Origin: Candidatus Spongiisociaceae bacterium
GTDB lineage: Bacteria; Actinomycetota; Acidimicrobiia; Spongiisociales; Spongiisociaceae
NCBI GenBank assembly: GCA_965219685.1
Contig: CBDCOH010000002.1
Coordinates: forward strand, 800,001-864,000
DNA length: 64,000 bases
Direction: 5' to 3'
Below are positions 37,659 to 48,805 of the stretch, piece after piece; the first letter of the stretch is position 1, and the number at the start of each line of letters is the position of its first letter. The notes under the pieces were generated by a model. That model was not told the origin of the DNA and searched no databases. It saw nothing but the letters and a program-made list of their open reading frames with translations. The position numbers were made by a program, and so were the translations under genes.

Positions 37659-39287
37659 ATGGGGATGGGCGAAGTGTCTCTGGCAGCCTCCGACTCGGCC
37701 GACCTGGCCATCCTCTCGACCGAGGTGACCCTGGTCGGGCTGCTCGCCATCGCGGCCGCGGTGGCGATACTCGTGTCACGGATCAAGGTTCCCTTCACGG
37801 TGGCCCTGGTGCTGGCAGGCCTCGCCCTCTCGTTCACCACCGCCTTCGACATCAACCTCTCGAAAGAACTCATCCTGGGGGTCCTCGTACCGCCGCTGGT
37901 CTTCGAGGCCACCATGCACCTCCCCTGGCACCGGCTCAAGACCGACCTGGTGGCGATCCTCACCCTGGCGATCGGCGGCACCCTCATCGGGACCTTCCTG
38001 GTCGGCGTGCTGATCCGACCCTTCGTCGAGGTGCCTTGGCCGGCCGCCCTCGCCTTCGGGGCGCTCATCTCCGCGACGGACCCGGTGGCGGTCATCGCCC
38101 GATTCCGGTCGCTCGGTGTCGACAAGCGGCTGACCACGCTGGTGGAGGGAGAGAGCCTGTTCAACGACGGAGCTGCCATCGTGATCTTCGGCCTGGCCGC
38201 TGCGGGCAGCGCCGGTTTCACGGTCGGAGGGGCGGTGGCCGAGTTCCTCAAGGTGTCCGTGGGTGGTCTTGCGGTCGGCGCCGTGCTTGGATACCTGGTG
38301 TCCAGGGTGCTGCTCAAGCACCTGGACGATCACCTGCTGGAGACAGCCATAACCCTGGCCCTCGCCTTCGGCTCCTACGTCGTGGCCGAGAAGCTCCACA
38401 TCAGCGGGATCCTGGCGGTGGTGGCCGCGGGAATCATTGTCGGCGAGGTGGGCTTGGAGAACACGTCTCCGACCACTCGCCTGAGCCTGGAGAACTTCTG
38501 GGAGCTGCTGTCGTTCGTCGTGAACGCGTTCGTGTTCCTGCTGATCGGCCTGCGCATCGACATAGCGCAGATGTCCCATCACGTTCCCGCCATCCTGGTG
38601 GCGGTACTGACCATCCTTGTGGCCAGGGCCGTGATCGTTTACGGGACCTCCCTCGTCCAGAACCGGATCTCGACCACACGCTACCTCCCCCGTAGCATCC
38701 AGCATGCGGTCTACTGGGGCGGACTGCGGGGAGCGGTGAGCCTGGCGCTCGCGTTGACGCTCCCGTTCGCGTTCGACGCCCGCACCGCGGAGGTTCTCCA
38801 GGTGATGACATTCGGAGTGGTCCTGTTCACGCTCCTCGTGCAGGGCACGACGATCAAGTGGGTGCTGGACCGGGTCGGCATCTCCCGTCCGCCCGCGGCC
38901 GCCCTCGAGCACCAGAGGCGCCAGGCCCGGCTCTTCGCCGCGTGGGCGGGTCGCAAGGAGCTGGGGCGACTGCACGACGACGAGGCTCTCCAGCCCTACA
39001 TCTGGCAGACACTCGACGATCTCTACCGGGACGAACTGGACGAGGGCCGCTCGTCCATGGGAATACACCTGCGGGACCATCCTGAACTCGAGACGGCGAT
39101 GTTCCTGCGCGTGCGGGCCGACCTGCTCACGGCGGAGAAGGCCGGGTTGGCGGACGCGGTCCGCCGGGGCTTGGTGAGCGCCGAGGTCGCCGACGAGGTC
39201 ACCGCCGATCTCGACACTCGGCTGGCGGCCCTCGACTTCATCCGCTCCAGGCTGGTCCGGCGACCAAAGCACCAGGAGGATGCCTGA
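37659..39287 (+). CDS. CPA1 Na+/H+ antiporter (NhaP/NhaG-like)
   Basis: SATDPVAV, EGESLFNDG, WGGLRGAVS, VQGTT. Confidence 0.93.
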   Translation: MGMGEVSLAASDSADLAILSTEVTLVGLLAIAAAVAILVSRIKVPFTVALVLAGLALSFTTAFDINLSKELILGVLVPPLVFEATMHLPWHRLKTDLVAILTLAIGGTLIGTFLVGVLIRPFVEVPWPAALAFGALISATDPVAVIARFRSLGVDKRLTTLVEGESLFNDGAAIVIFGLAAAGSAGFTVGGAVAEFLKVSVGGLAVGAVLGYLVSRVLLKHLDDHLLETAITLALAFGSYVVAEKLHISGILAVVAAGIIVGEVGLENTSPTTRLSLENFWELLSFVVNAFVFLLIGLRIDIAQMSHHVPAILVAVLTILVARAVIVYGTSLVQNRISTTRYLPRSIQHAVYWGGLRGAVSLALALTLPFAFDARTAEVLQVMTFGVVLFTLLVQGTTIKWVLDRVGISRPPAAALEHQRRQARLFAAWAGRKELGRLHDDEALQPYIWQTLDDLYRDELDEGRSSMGIHLRDHPELETAMFLRVRADLLTAEKAGLADAVRRGLVSAEVADEVTADLDTRLAALDFIRSRLVRRPKHQEDA

Positions 39288-39718
39288 TGGACCTGGTGAT
39301 GGTGGCGACCAGTGCCCGTGGGGATACCCGCCTCCTGCATACCACCGCCCGGAGGCGCGCGGAGGAGGAGGGGAGCGGTCTCCTCGTTATCCACGTGGTG
39401 GGCGGCGAGGAGTACGAACGCCAGGCTCCCCAGATGCGACTTGCCATCCGTGAAGAGATGAAATGGCTCCTCCACGCCATGCTGGTTCCCGCCGCCGGGG
39501 TGGCCGGCTCGTCGATCGGTCGGATGACGGTGGATGTCCGGGAGGGAGATGTCGTGGAGCAGCTGATCGATGCCGTCCGGTCCTCCCGGCCCGATCTGGT
39601 AGTGCTCGGCGTCCCGCAGCCATACGCCGCCGGCGCGCTGGCCGTGGACGCGTACTCCCGTCTCATCTCCTACCTGGAGGACAACTCGATTCCCGTCGAG
39701 CAGGTGCCGACCGCGTAG
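39287..39718 (+). CDS. Universal stress protein-like
   Basis: LLVIHVV, VREGDVVEQL, DLVVLG; coupled to the antiporter gene. Confidence 0.7.
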   Translation: MDLVMVATSARGDTRLLHTTARRRAEEEGSGLLVIHVVGGEEYERQAPQMRLAIREEMKWLLHAMLVPAAGVAGSSIGRMTVDVREGDVVEQLIDAVRSSRPDLVVLGVPQPYAAGALAVDAYSRLISYLEDNSIPVEQVPTA

Positions 39719-39822
39719 GCAGGCCGCCTCCGGCCGGCGCGGGATGTCTGTGCGTGGTCGGGACGGCTGCACTGCGGATCGGCACGGTGGTTATGTGCCG
39801 CTCCCTGAGTAGGGTGCGGCGG

Positions 39823-40407
39823 ATGCACCTCGTTCTCGCATCGGGCTCGCCCCGCCGGCACGACCTGATCCGCTCGCTGGGCCTCGACTTCGAGGTGCGG
39901 GTACCTGACGTCGACGAGACCCCGTTCGCCGGTGAGGATCCCGGCTTCTACGTTGTTCGCCTGGCCCGGCAGAAGGCCCTCGCGGTGGCAGGCGCGGGAG
40001 AGGTAGTGCTTGGCGCCGATACCACCGTCGTGTTCGAGGGGGACATCATCGGTAAGCCGGGCGATCCCGGAGACGCCCATCGGATGCTCCACCGCCTGCA
40101 GGGCGAGACCCACACCGTGATGACCGGGGTAGCGCTGGTGCGGCGGGAGGAGGGCCGTCCGTGTGTGGATGTCGAACTCTGTCGTTCGGACGTGGGCATG
40201 CAGCCGATGACCGGAGCCGAGATCGCAGCCTACGTGGAGACGGGCGAACCGCTGGACAAGGCGGGATCCTATGCCATGCAGGGAATCGGCGCCGCGTTCG
40301 TGGCGGAGGTTCGGGGCAGTCCCACCAACGTGATCGGCCTCCCCTTACACCTGGCGGTGAGGATGCTCCGGAACGCCGGTGTCGAGGTGCTCGGGGAGTC
40401 CCGATGA
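39823..40407 (+). CDS. maf: Maf family nucleotide pyrophosphatase
   Basis: LASGSPRR, VDE, GADT, GKP, DKAGSY, NVIGLP. Confidence 0.94.
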   Translation: MHLVLASGSPRRHDLIRSLGLDFEVRVPDVDETPFAGEDPGFYVVRLARQKALAVAGAGEVVLGADTTVVFEGDIIGKPGDPGDAHRMLHRLQGETHTVMTGVALVRREEGRPCVDVELCRSDVGMQPMTGAEIAAYVETGEPLDKAGSYAMQGIGAAFVAEVRGSPTNVIGLPLHLAVRMLRNAGVEVLGESR

Positions 40408-41924
40408 AACTGGCCGAAGTGGTCGCGACCTCGCGTCGCGTCGCCTCGACCCGGTCCCGCCGGGCCAAGATCGACGGGCTGGCGGATGTCCTCAGCCGCG
40501 CTGCTCCGGATGAGATACCGATCCTGGTCGGCTTCCTGACCGGGGAGCCCCGCCAGGGTCGGGTGGGGATCGGAGCGGCCTCGCTCTGGGCCGTCAAGCC
40601 GGAGGCAGCGGACGAGCCCAACCTCGAAGTGATCGACGTCGATCAGGCCATCGGACGTATTCCCGGTATCACAGGTCGGGGCTCCCGGGCGCGTCGCCTC
40701 GGCCTCCTGGCCGATCTTCTCGGCCGGGCGACCCTCGGGGAACAGGAGTTCCTGCGCCGGCTCCTCACGGGCGAGTTGCGCCAGGGTGCCCTCGAGGGTC
40801 TGATGATGGACGCTATAGCCGGCGCGTCCGGCATCGGCTCCGCAACCGTCCGGCGGGCGGCCATGCTGGGAGGGGAACTCGGTTCGGTCGCGGTGACGGC
40901 CCTGACAGACGGGGAGCCGGCGCTGCGGGAGATGCGGATCAACGTCCTGCGCCCTGTACGTCCCATGCTGGCCGTCACCTCCGGCTCCGTGGAGGAGGCG
41001 CTGGGGTCGACCGGCACCGCCTCGGTCGAGTGGAAGATGGACGGCGCCCGGATCCAGGTGCACCGGGCAGGATCCGAGACGGCGGTGTTCACGCGCAGCC
41101 TCAACGATGTCACCGGTCGGATGCCGATAGTACGGGAGGTGGTTCTCGACATGGCCCTGTCGGCGGTCGTGCTCGACGGCGAGGCTCTCACCCATGACGA
41201 GCATGGCCTGCCCCGGAGGTTCGAGCAGACGATGAGCCGGTTCGGCTCGCACCGCTCGGACCGCGACGTACCCCTGCTTCCGTTCTTCTTCGACATCCTC
41301 CACCTGGACGGCGAGGACCTGATCGATGAGCCGCTCGGTGCCCGCATCGAAGTGCTGGAGCGGGTCGTGCCGGCCGAGTACCGGGTTCCGAGGGTGGTCA
41401 CCGCCAGCCCCGCCATCGCCGGACAGGCTTTCGCCGAGGCCCGTCGCAACCGCCACGAGGGTGTGATGGTGAAGGCCGTGGACTCCGGCTACGAGGCGGG
41501 CCGGAGGGGAAGGTCCTGGTTGAAGGTCAAGCCCGCCCACCACCTGGACCTGGTCGTTCTGGCGGCAGAGTGGGGCCACGGGCGCCGAACCGGGTGGCTC
41601 TCCAACCTGCATCTCGGTGCCCGTGACCGCCTGTCCGGAGAGTTCGTCATGGTGGGTAAGACCTTCAAGGGCCTGACCGACGAGATGTTGACCTGGCAGA
41701 CCGGAAGGTTCCTCGAACTCGAGAGAGGTCGTCATCGCCATGTCGTGTTCCTGCGCCCCGAAGTGGTGGTGGAGGTGGCATTCGACGGGGTTCTGCCCAG
41801 CCCCGTGTACGAGGGGGGCGTGGCCCTGCGTTTTGCCCGTGTCAAGCGTTACCGGACGGACAAGACACCTGCTCAAGCCGACACGATCCAAAGGATCCGC
41901 CGGATCTTCGAGGGCGGTGGCTAG
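40404..41924 (+). CDS. ligB: ATP-dependent DNA ligase (actinobacterial LigB type)
   Basis: EWKMDG, LDGE, FFDIL, EGVMVK, WLKVK, ALRFAR. Confidence 0.92.
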   Translation: MKLAEVVATSRRVASTRSRRAKIDGLADVLSRAAPDEIPILVGFLTGEPRQGRVGIGAASLWAVKPEAADEPNLEVIDVDQAIGRIPGITGRGSRARRLGLLADLLGRATLGEQEFLRRLLTGELRQGALEGLMMDAIAGASGIGSATVRRAAMLGGELGSVAVTALTDGEPALREMRINVLRPVRPMLAVTSGSVEEALGSTGTASVEWKMDGARIQVHRAGSETAVFTRSLNDVTGRMPIVREVVLDMALSAVVLDGEALTHDEHGLPRRFEQTMSRFGSHRSDRDVPLLPFFFDILHLDGEDLIDEPLGARIEVLERVVPAEYRVPRVVTASPAIAGQAFAEARRNRHEGVMVKAVDSGYEAGRRGRSWLKVKPAHHLDLVVLAAEWGHGRRTGWLSNLHLGARDRLSGEFVMVGKTFKGLTDEMLTWQTGRFLELERGRHRHVVFLRPEVVVEVAFDGVLPSPVYEGGVALRFARVKRYRTDKTPAQADTIQRIRRIFEGGG

Positions 41925-42091
41925 TTGCTGGTTGCTAGTTGATGGCAACTGTCAAGGTGTTCAGTGCGGATGCGCTGGGCCAACACCGGATTGGGTTGAA
42001 CGGACGGGATCAGGCACCGCCCGGCCGGCCACACCGGATTGGCGCCCGACTCAGGGCTACGAGTGTTCCTAGCTTCATATAGTCTTCCCGC

Positions 42092-45000
42092 ATGTTCATG
42101 TTGCCTCCATTATTCGTAGACCGGTCTTGTGCATCATCGGCATGGCGGAGGGTATTGCTGGTGGTTGTCCTTGTGTTGAGCGGATGCGGCGGCGGGTCCG
42201 ATACGCCGGAGGCACGCTCCGAGCAGACATCAGCGACGGTCACACCGACCGGGTCCGCTCCCGACCCGCCGAACGTCACACCGGCGACAACCCGGCCTGA
42301 GGACTCCCCACCGACGACGATCGGATCGGCGGTGCCTTCTGCCGAGGAGATCTACTCGCTGGTGGCGCCATCGATTCCGCTGATAGAGACACCCACGGGA
42401 ACAGGTAGCGGGATCCTCGTCGAGGGTGGATACGTCGTCACCAATCATCACGTCGTGTGGCCTTACGAGCAGGTCCGGGTCGTGTTCCCCGATGGGACGG
42501 AGTTCGTGGATGTGCCGGTCTTGGCTTGGGATCCCTTCGCCGATCTGGCGGTGCTCGGACCAGTCGGTGCATCGGCGCCATCACTGAATCTCGCAGACGG
42601 CGAGGCGATGAACCCGGGTAGTGACGTGTACCTGATCGGCTATCCCGCCGAGACCGACGTGTTCCCCCAGCCGACAGTCACCAGCGGCGTGCTGTCCCGC
42701 ATCCGTGAGTGGGACCTCTACGCTCTGACGTTGCTCCAATCGGACGCCTACATAGCCGGGGGCCAGAGCGGAGGAGCGCTCGTGAACTCCTCGGGAGACG
42801 TAGTCGGCATCTCTACATGGAGACTCAGCGATGCGGGATTCTCGTTGGCGACATCAGCCGCGGACAGCGCCGAAATCGTGCAGTCGCTCATCGAGGGGTA
42901 CGAAGAATTCGGGTCACCTGGTCCGGTCTATGGAGACGCGTTCGGTGCCTTCGAGTTTACAGTCGACCTGGTGAACGCCTGGGACAGCGGCATCTATTAC
43001 TTCGAGGGAGCGGCGGGCTCGACCGTGGAGGTAGCGATCGACGGAGCGAGCGACGGGATTCTCGCCGTGATCGGACCCACTGGTGTGGTGATGGAGGCGG
43101 ATGACACCCTCCAAGGCCGCGAGAACGGTATCGCTGAGTTGCCGGTGGATGGGCCTTACGTCGTGGTTGTGGGCAACTACACCGCTGAGCCGGGCGAAGG
43201 GTCCACATTCACCCTGACCAGCAGCGTCGAGTTGGCGCCTTTCGATGATCCCGATGACGGGCAGTCCCTCTTGATCGGTGAACCGTTCGGTGCGGTACTC
43301 GACTATCACTGGGACGTCGACTGGTACGAACTCCTACTCGATCAAGGTGACACCGTGGTCGTCTGGACCGAGGCGATAGGTACCGACACAGCTGTCTCCA
43401 TCGGCTACGCCGGCGGCGGTTTCGAGGGATTTATCTGGGACGATGACAGCGGCCTGGCTGTGGTCGGGGACTCGACCAATGCCCGGTTGTATTACAGCGC
43501 CCCGGTCTCCGGGACCTACCACGTCGTCGTCGAGGATGTGCTGGGGCAGGGTGGCGGCGATGCCTACTTCGTGGGGGTGGATCACGCGGATCCCATGGAA
43601 GAACCCGTTGCCGGGGAAGCACCGAGCGCACCTGGCTCGCCGCCTGAAGATCCTGACCTGCCCGCGGACTACGCGTACGAACTGCGCTTCGATGTGGGTC
43701 CCGGAACCACCTGGCAGGAGCTGTTCGACGTCTTCTCGCCCGACGAGCAAAGCTGCATCCGCGAGGAACTCGGCGGGTTGCTGGAAGAAATGATGGCCGT
43801 CGAGGTGCTAGGCGAAGGCTACGAGGACCAGGTTGCCGGCATGCTCCTATGCCTTGGCCGAGAGAACGCGACGGAGGCCTACATCTCGGCGCTTGTGGGG
43901 GCTGTCGCCCAGCAGGGAGTGACCTTCGAACTCGAAGATGTGGCCTGCTTGCGAGAGGTCTTCGCCGGCGACGACGGTGCCGCATTCCTCGCCGCGCTCA
44001 TCACCGGGGCGGGGGTCGAGGAGGAGTTCGCTGTGTTGTCGCTTTCCTTCGTCTTCTGCTTCCCCGAAGAAGCCCTCGAAGAATGGGCGGACCCACCGGA
44101 CAGCCCGACGCCCATGGCCGAACTGGCGGATGTTCCGGGCGCAGAGTTGGTCTGGCAATACCGTATCCCCTCCGATGGGGGGACCTTTGTGGGCATACCT
44201 CACGTCCACCCACCGGTGTTGGCAGGAGGGACGCTGTTCCTGCCCGCCTCCGATGGAGCGGTGTATGCCCTGTCCGCCTCCGATGGAGCGCTCCTGTGGG
44301 CGTACCGGACCCACCCGCGGGGGACTCCACATGTCCCTTCCTCCTTGACTGCGCTCGATGTGGTAGATGGGATCGTGTCCGTCGTAACCGAAGAACTGGT
44401 CCATGGTGTCGACGCCGGGACCGGAGAGACTGCGTGGTTGTATCCGGGTAACTTCGGCAGTGCCCCCGGAGTGGGCCAGGGTGTGCTCTTTGTCCGGTCA
44501 GGATTCGATGTGGACGCAATCGACATCAAGAGCGGATTGCGCCTCTGGTCTTACAGTCCGTTCTCCTTGACCGATCATGCGCCGGTGGTGGACGACGGGG
44601 TTGTCTACTTCGGAGCGGACTCGGAGTACGTGTATGCCATGGATGCTCTGACCGGTGAGTTGGAGTGGAGGCACGACATCGAGACCACGATGCAACTGTC
44701 TCCGGTGACGGCCGATGGGTTGGTGTACGCCGCCCCGTCCGACAACACCGTACATGCGTTGGACGCTGCCTCGGGACGGGTGATCTGGCAGAACCGGATT
44801 CCGGGCCGCGCGTCCGATCTGCTGGAGTTGGCGGACGGGTTGTTGTATCTCTCGATCCAGGCGCTGTACGCCCTGGATCCGGTCACCGGAGAGATAGTCT
44901 GGCGGTTCCCGGCTGAGGATGTCGGGGGCCCGCACCTGCCGTTTACCAATCCGTGGACCCAGACTGAGCCGTATTTCACGGTGCACCGCGGGGTCGTCTA

Positions 45001-45289
45001 TTACGGCTCGGACCTGGCTGAGGTTTTCGCCCTTGACGCCGCTACAGGGCGACTGCTGTGGGAGTACCAGGTTCCCGACGGTCGGCCTGCCGCTCCCACA
45101 GTGTCCGGGGATGTCGTGTTCCTCGGTTCGCGGAGCGGGATCCTGTACGCGCTCGACGCAGCGACAGGGCAATTGATGTGGCACTATCCGACTCCCGCAG
45201 CCGTGATCTCCTCGCCGCTCGTAGCAGACGGTCTCGTATACGTGACCACCGCCGACGGTCAGGTACACGCGGTGCGAGCGCCCTATTAG
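42092..45289 (+). CDS. Lipoprotein: trypsin-like serine protease + PPC-like domains + PQQ-type beta-propeller
   Basis: LSGC lipobox, TNHH, DLAVL, GQSGG, DVDWY, repeated YALDA.TG...W. Confidence 0.85.
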   Translation: MFMLPPLFVDRSCASSAWRRVLLVVVLVLSGCGGGSDTPEARSEQTSATVTPTGSAPDPPNVTPATTRPEDSPPTTIGSAVPSAEEIYSLVAPSIPLIETPTGTGSGILVEGGYVVTNHHVVWPYEQVRVVFPDGTEFVDVPVLAWDPFADLAVLGPVGASAPSLNLADGEAMNPGSDVYLIGYPAETDVFPQPTVTSGVLSRIREWDLYALTLLQSDAYIAGGQSGGALVNSSGDVVGISTWRLSDAGFSLATSAADSAEIVQSLIEGYEEFGSPGPVYGDAFGAFEFTVDLVNAWDSGIYYFEGAAGSTVEVAIDGASDGILAVIGPTGVVMEADDTLQGRENGIAELPVDGPYVVVVGNYTAEPGEGSTFTLTSSVELAPFDDPDDGQSLLIGEPFGAVLDYHWDVDWYELLLDQGDTVVVWTEAIGTDTAVSIGYAGGGFEGFIWDDDSGLAVVGDSTNARLYYSAPVSGTYHVVVEDVLGQGGGDAYFVGVDHADPMEEPVAGEAPSAPGSPPEDPDLPADYAYELRFDVGPGTTWQELFDVFSPDEQSCIREELGGLLEEMMAVEVLGEGYEDQVAGMLLCLGRENATEAYISALVGAVAQQGVTFELEDVACLREVFAGDDGAAFLAALITGAGVEEEFAVLSLSFVFCFPEEALEEWADPPDSPTPMAELADVPGAELVWQYRIPSDGGTFVGIPHVHPPVLAGGTLFLPASDGAVYALSASDGALLWAYRTHPRGTPHVPSSLTALDVVDGIVSVVTEELVHGVDAGTGETAWLYPGNFGSAPGVGQGVLFVRSGFDVDAIDIKSGLRLWSYSPFSLTDHAPVVDDGVVYFGADSEYVYAMDALTGELEWRHDIETTMQLSPVTADGLVYAAPSDNTVHALDAASGRVIWQNRIPGRASDLLELADGLLYLSIQALYALDPVTGEIVWRFPAEDVGGPHLPFTNPWTQTEPYFTVHRGVVYYGSDLAEVFALDAATGRLLWEYQVPDGRPAAPTVSGDVVFLGSRSGILYALDAATGQLMWHYPTPAAVISSPLVADGLVYVTTADGQVHAVRAPY

Positions 45290-45333
45290 TCGTTAGTTAT
45301 TGGTTATTAGTTGGTAGTGCTTAGTGGTAGTTG
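45287..45333 (+). repeat. Degenerate TAGTTGG-type heptamer array
   Basis: tagtcgt tagttat tggttat tagttgg tagtgct; a similar array lies at 41921-41941. Confidence 0.65.
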
Positions 45334-46640
45334 CCGGGGTCGGCGATCTCTCGCGTCGGTTCGGTGGGCGACTGGTCGGGGGGATCCGCCATCGAGACGA
45401 GCAGGGCGCTGACCAGGATCACCTGCGCGAGCAGGGCCGCGCAGCCGGCCAGGACCAGCCCGAGGGTGGTGGGGATGGGCAGCAGGACAGGGATGACCGC
45501 ACCCAGGACCCAGGCGAGTTGGAACAGGGTCTCCGAGTAGGTGAAGGTCCGGCCCCGCTCTGAGGGCAGGACGCTGGCGTGGAGGAGACCGTCGTATCCG
45601 AACTTGGCCGTACCCCAGGCCAGTCCGGCGAACAATGCCAGGGCCGCCGCCGCCCAGACTCCGAACACGTGGGCGCTGATGAACGCGGCGGCCGCTTCCA
45701 GGGCTAACGCTGCCACCACCATCGGTTCCTCGTGGAGGCGGCGGGCCAGGAACTGGGCCAGGTAGGAGGCCAACCCGAAACCCAGGCCTGCGGCGAGCAG
45801 GAGAGCCCCGAAGCCGACCATGCTCTCGTCGGAGTCGCGAAAGACGAAGGCGACGAGCAGCAACAGGTATCCGTTGAGGAGCCGCACGATGGCGGTGGCT
45901 ATACGGGCATGGCGCACGGCCCGCCGGGAGGCGGGGGAGCGAGTCGGGAAGACCTGATCGGTGTCGGTTGCGGGCTCCCCGGCGCGCACGTCGAGCCGCA
46001 GTCCCAGGGCGGCGCCGCCCGACCAGGCGAAGACAAACGCAGCCAGGCCGAGGGCGTAGGTGGTGCCGAGCAGACCGATCAGCCCTGCTCCCACAGGGAC
46101 GATCAGCCCGCCGGCGATTATCCCGAGCCGCGCTAGGCGGGCATTGGCCGAGACGAGAGCGGCCGACTGGGGCAACGCGGTGGGGAGTATCGAACTACGG
46201 CTGATCCCGTAGATTCGGGAGAGCACCAGCATCCCGAACACCAGCGACAGGAGGATGAACTCGCTGTCCGAGCGGATCATCGCCACGGCCAGCACGACGC
46301 GTAGCAACGAGCCGAATGCGAGACCCGCCCGGTGACTCCTCGGCACCCGGTGGAAGATGGAACCGAGCAACGGCCCTATCAGAGCGAAGGGCGCCAGCGT
46401 CAGGAGCAGGAAAGCCACCACATTGCCCCGTGCCTCGGCCGTCGGCACCGAGAAGAAAAGGGTGTCGGCCAGGGCGAGCGCCACCAATGTGTCCCCGGCC
46501 ACGTTCGTGGCGTGGGAGATGGCCAGGCGGCGGAACGCCCAGCCGTGTACCGAGAAGGCCTCGTCGATGCGGCGTCCTACAGCCCTGGTGGCGCGAGAGA
46601 TCCGAGAGCCGGTCCGGGGCGGAGGGGAGGACGCTCTCAT
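45321..46640 (-). CDS. MFS transporter
   Basis: About 12 TM helices; ALADTLFF, APFALIGP, ETLFQLAWVLGA. Confidence 0.85.
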   Translation of the reverse strand: MRASSPPPRTGSRISRATRAVGRRIDEAFSVHGWAFRRLAISHATNVAGDTLVALALADTLFFSVPTAEARGNVVAFLLLTLAPFALIGPLLGSIFHRVPRSHRAGLAFGSLLRVVLAVAMIRSDSEFILLSLVFGMLVLSRIYGISRSSILPTALPQSAALVSANARLARLGIIAGGLIVPVGAGLIGLLGTTYALGLAAFVFAWSGGAALGLRLDVRAGEPATDTDQVFPTRSPASRRAVRHARIATAIVRLLNGYLLLLVAFVFRDSDESMVGFGALLLAAGLGFGLASYLAQFLARRLHEEPMVVAALALEAAAAFISAHVFGVWAAAALALFAGLAWGTAKFGYDGLLHASVLPSERGRTFTYSETLFQLAWVLGAVIPVLLPIPTTLGLVLAGCAALLAQVILVSALLVSMADPPDQSPTEPTREIADPGNYH

Positions 46641-46720
46641 CCCGTTAACGTAGCGCCTAGGGCCGGCGGGGGGAGTGACCTCCGCCGGGGAAGGAACGAA
46701 GTCGAGTTCGGAACGGTGAC

Positions 46721-47608
46721 ATGGACGTGAGGCAATTCGAGAAGGTGAAGGAAGGTCGAGGTTTCATAGCCGCTTTGGACCAGAGCGGCGGCAGCACCCC
46801 CAAGGCCTTGCGGGGTTACGGAGTGGATGACGATAGGCACTCGAACAGCGACGAGATGTTCGACCTGATCCACGAGATGAGGACCCGGATCATCACCAGC
46901 CCCAGCTTCGGAGGCGACCGGTTGTTCGGTGCGATCCTGTTCGAGAACACCCTGGACCGCGAGATCGAAGGGATGGGTTCGGTCGACTTCCTGTGGAAAG
47001 TGAAGGGTGTCGTCCCCTTCCTCAAGGTCGACAAAGGACTCGAGCCGGAGGCCAACGGGGTTCAGGTCATGAGACCGATACCGGGCCTCGATGCCTTCCT
47101 GGCCCGGGGACGCCAAAAGGGGGTGTTCGGCACCAAGATGCGGTCGGTGATAAAACTCGCCGATCCGGACGGCATAGCGGACATCGTCCGGCAGCAGTTC
47201 GAGGTAGGCGAACGTATCCTGGAGGCCGGTCTCGTCCCGATCCTCGAACCCGAGGTGGACATCAACAGCCCGGAGAAGACCGAGGCCGAGGACCTGCTCA
47301 AGGAGGCGATCCTGGAGCGGCTAGCGAGCCTGGACCACGACACCGGCCTGATGTTCAAGCTCACCATCCCCACCCGGGATGATCTGTACCTCGACCTGGT
47401 CGAGCATCCCAAGGTGGTACGGGTGGCGGCCCTGTCGGGCGGTTACACCCATGACGAGGCGTGTGAAGGGCTGACTCGCCAGCAAGGCATGGTGGCGAGC
47501 TTCAGCCGGGGGCTCGTGGAGGGCCTGAACGTAGACCAGAGCGACGACGAGTTCGACCGCACTCTGGACCGGTCGGTGGCCAACATCTTCGCGGCATCGT
47601 CCACCTGA
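46721..47608 (+). CDS. fda: Fructose-bisphosphate aldolase class I
   Basis: GFIAALDQSGGSTPKAL, FLKVDKG, GTKMRS, ILEPEV, ALSGGY, ASFSR. Confidence 0.95.
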   Translation: MDVRQFEKVKEGRGFIAALDQSGGSTPKALRGYGVDDDRHSNSDEMFDLIHEMRTRIITSPSFGGDRLFGAILFENTLDREIEGMGSVDFLWKVKGVVPFLKVDKGLEPEANGVQVMRPIPGLDAFLARGRQKGVFGTKMRSVIKLADPDGIADIVRQQFEVGERILEAGLVPILEPEVDINSPEKTEAEDLLKEAILERLASLDHDTGLMFKLTIPTRDDLYLDLVEHPKVVRVAALSGGYTHDEACEGLTRQQGMVASFSRGLVEGLNVDQSDDEFDRTLDRSVANIFAASST

Positions 47609-47905
47609 CCGGGGGTGGACTGGAAAGACGGACACCTGGCCGGCAGCGGGTGCCGTGGCGAGAGGTCGGCACGGATCGTGCCGTACGCCCCGCGTGTCGG
47701 CGGCCACATTCCACGGTTCCCCGGACCGGCGCGTAGCGAATCGTAGAGTACGGTCGCTTCCGGTCAGATCCCTTGGAACTACTCGTCTAGTCATTCCTTG
47801 ACCCCAAGTGATCCTTGCGACGTTCTTGCCTGATCGGCCGACGGATCGCGGTGAAACGTGGCACCGGTTGCCGGTTAGCATTCGTTTGATGGTCGGGGGT
47901 GAGAG

Positions 47906-48805
47906 TTGCCCATTCCAGTCCGGTTGACCGGCGTCACCAAGAGCTATGGGAAGGCGAGGGGGGTAATTGACCTCGATCTGGAGGTGCGATCCGGCGAGGT
48001 CTTCGGGTATCTCGGCCCGAACGGTGCGGGCAAGACGACCACTATCCGGATGCTGGTGGACCTGATCCGACCGCAGAGGGGGAAGGTTGAGGTGCTGGGC
48101 GGTTCTCCCACCGATCCGGCCGTCAGGCGCCGCGTGGGGTATCTGCCGGGTGAGGTGGAGTTCTACGAGCACATGGGGGCGGGTGACCTCCTCACCTACA
48201 TCGGGAACCTGCGAGGGGATGGTGGGGCCGGCCTGGCCGGGGAGCTTTCGGAGCGGATCGATCTCGATCTATCCCGCCGGATAGGGGACCTTTCCAAGGG
48301 GAACCGTCAGAAGCTCGCCCTGGTCCAGGCACTCATGCATCGGCCGGAACTGGTGATCCTCGATGAACCCACCTCGGGACTCGACCCGCTGGTCCAGCAG
48401 GAGGTGTACCGGCTCCTCGATGAGCTCAGCGACGGGGGAGTGACGATCTTTTTCTCCTCCCATGTTCTCTCGGAGGTGGAGAGGGTGGCCGACCGGGTGG
48501 GAATCATCCGGGAGGGTCGGCTGGTGGAGGTCGAGGAACTGGAGGCCCTTCGCCAGAGGGCGGTGCGGACCTTCGAGGTGGTCTTCGAGGACTCGCCGAC
48601 GATCGCCGAGTTCGAGAACCTGGAGGGGGTCCGATCGGCCCAACTCCACGGGAACACCCTTCACTGCCAGGTGATCGGCAGCATCGATCAACTGCTCAAG
48701 GCAGTGGCCAGGCATCCGGTCCGGAATCTGGTGAGTCATGGTGCGGACCTGGAGGCTTTGTTCCTGGACTACTACCGCGGCGAGGAGGCCTTGCATGCTG
48801 AATAA
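47906..48805 (+). CDS. ABC transporter ATP-binding protein
   Basis: [18 protein letters not shown]. Confidence 0.95.
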   Translation: MPIPVRLTGVTKSYGKARGVIDLDLEVRSGEVFGYLGPNGAGKTTTIRMLVDLIRPQRGKVEVLGGSPTDPAVRRRVGYLPGEVEFYEHMGAGDLLTYIGNLRGDGGAGLAGELSERIDLDLSRRIGDLSKGNRQKLALVQALMHRPELVILDEPTSGLDPLVQQEVYRLLDELSDGGVTIFFSSHVLSEVERVADRVGIIREGRLVEVEELEALRQRAVRTFEVVFEDSPTIAEFENLEGVRSAQLHGNTLHCQVIGSIDQLLKAVARHPVRNLVSHGADLEALFLDYYRGEEALHAE

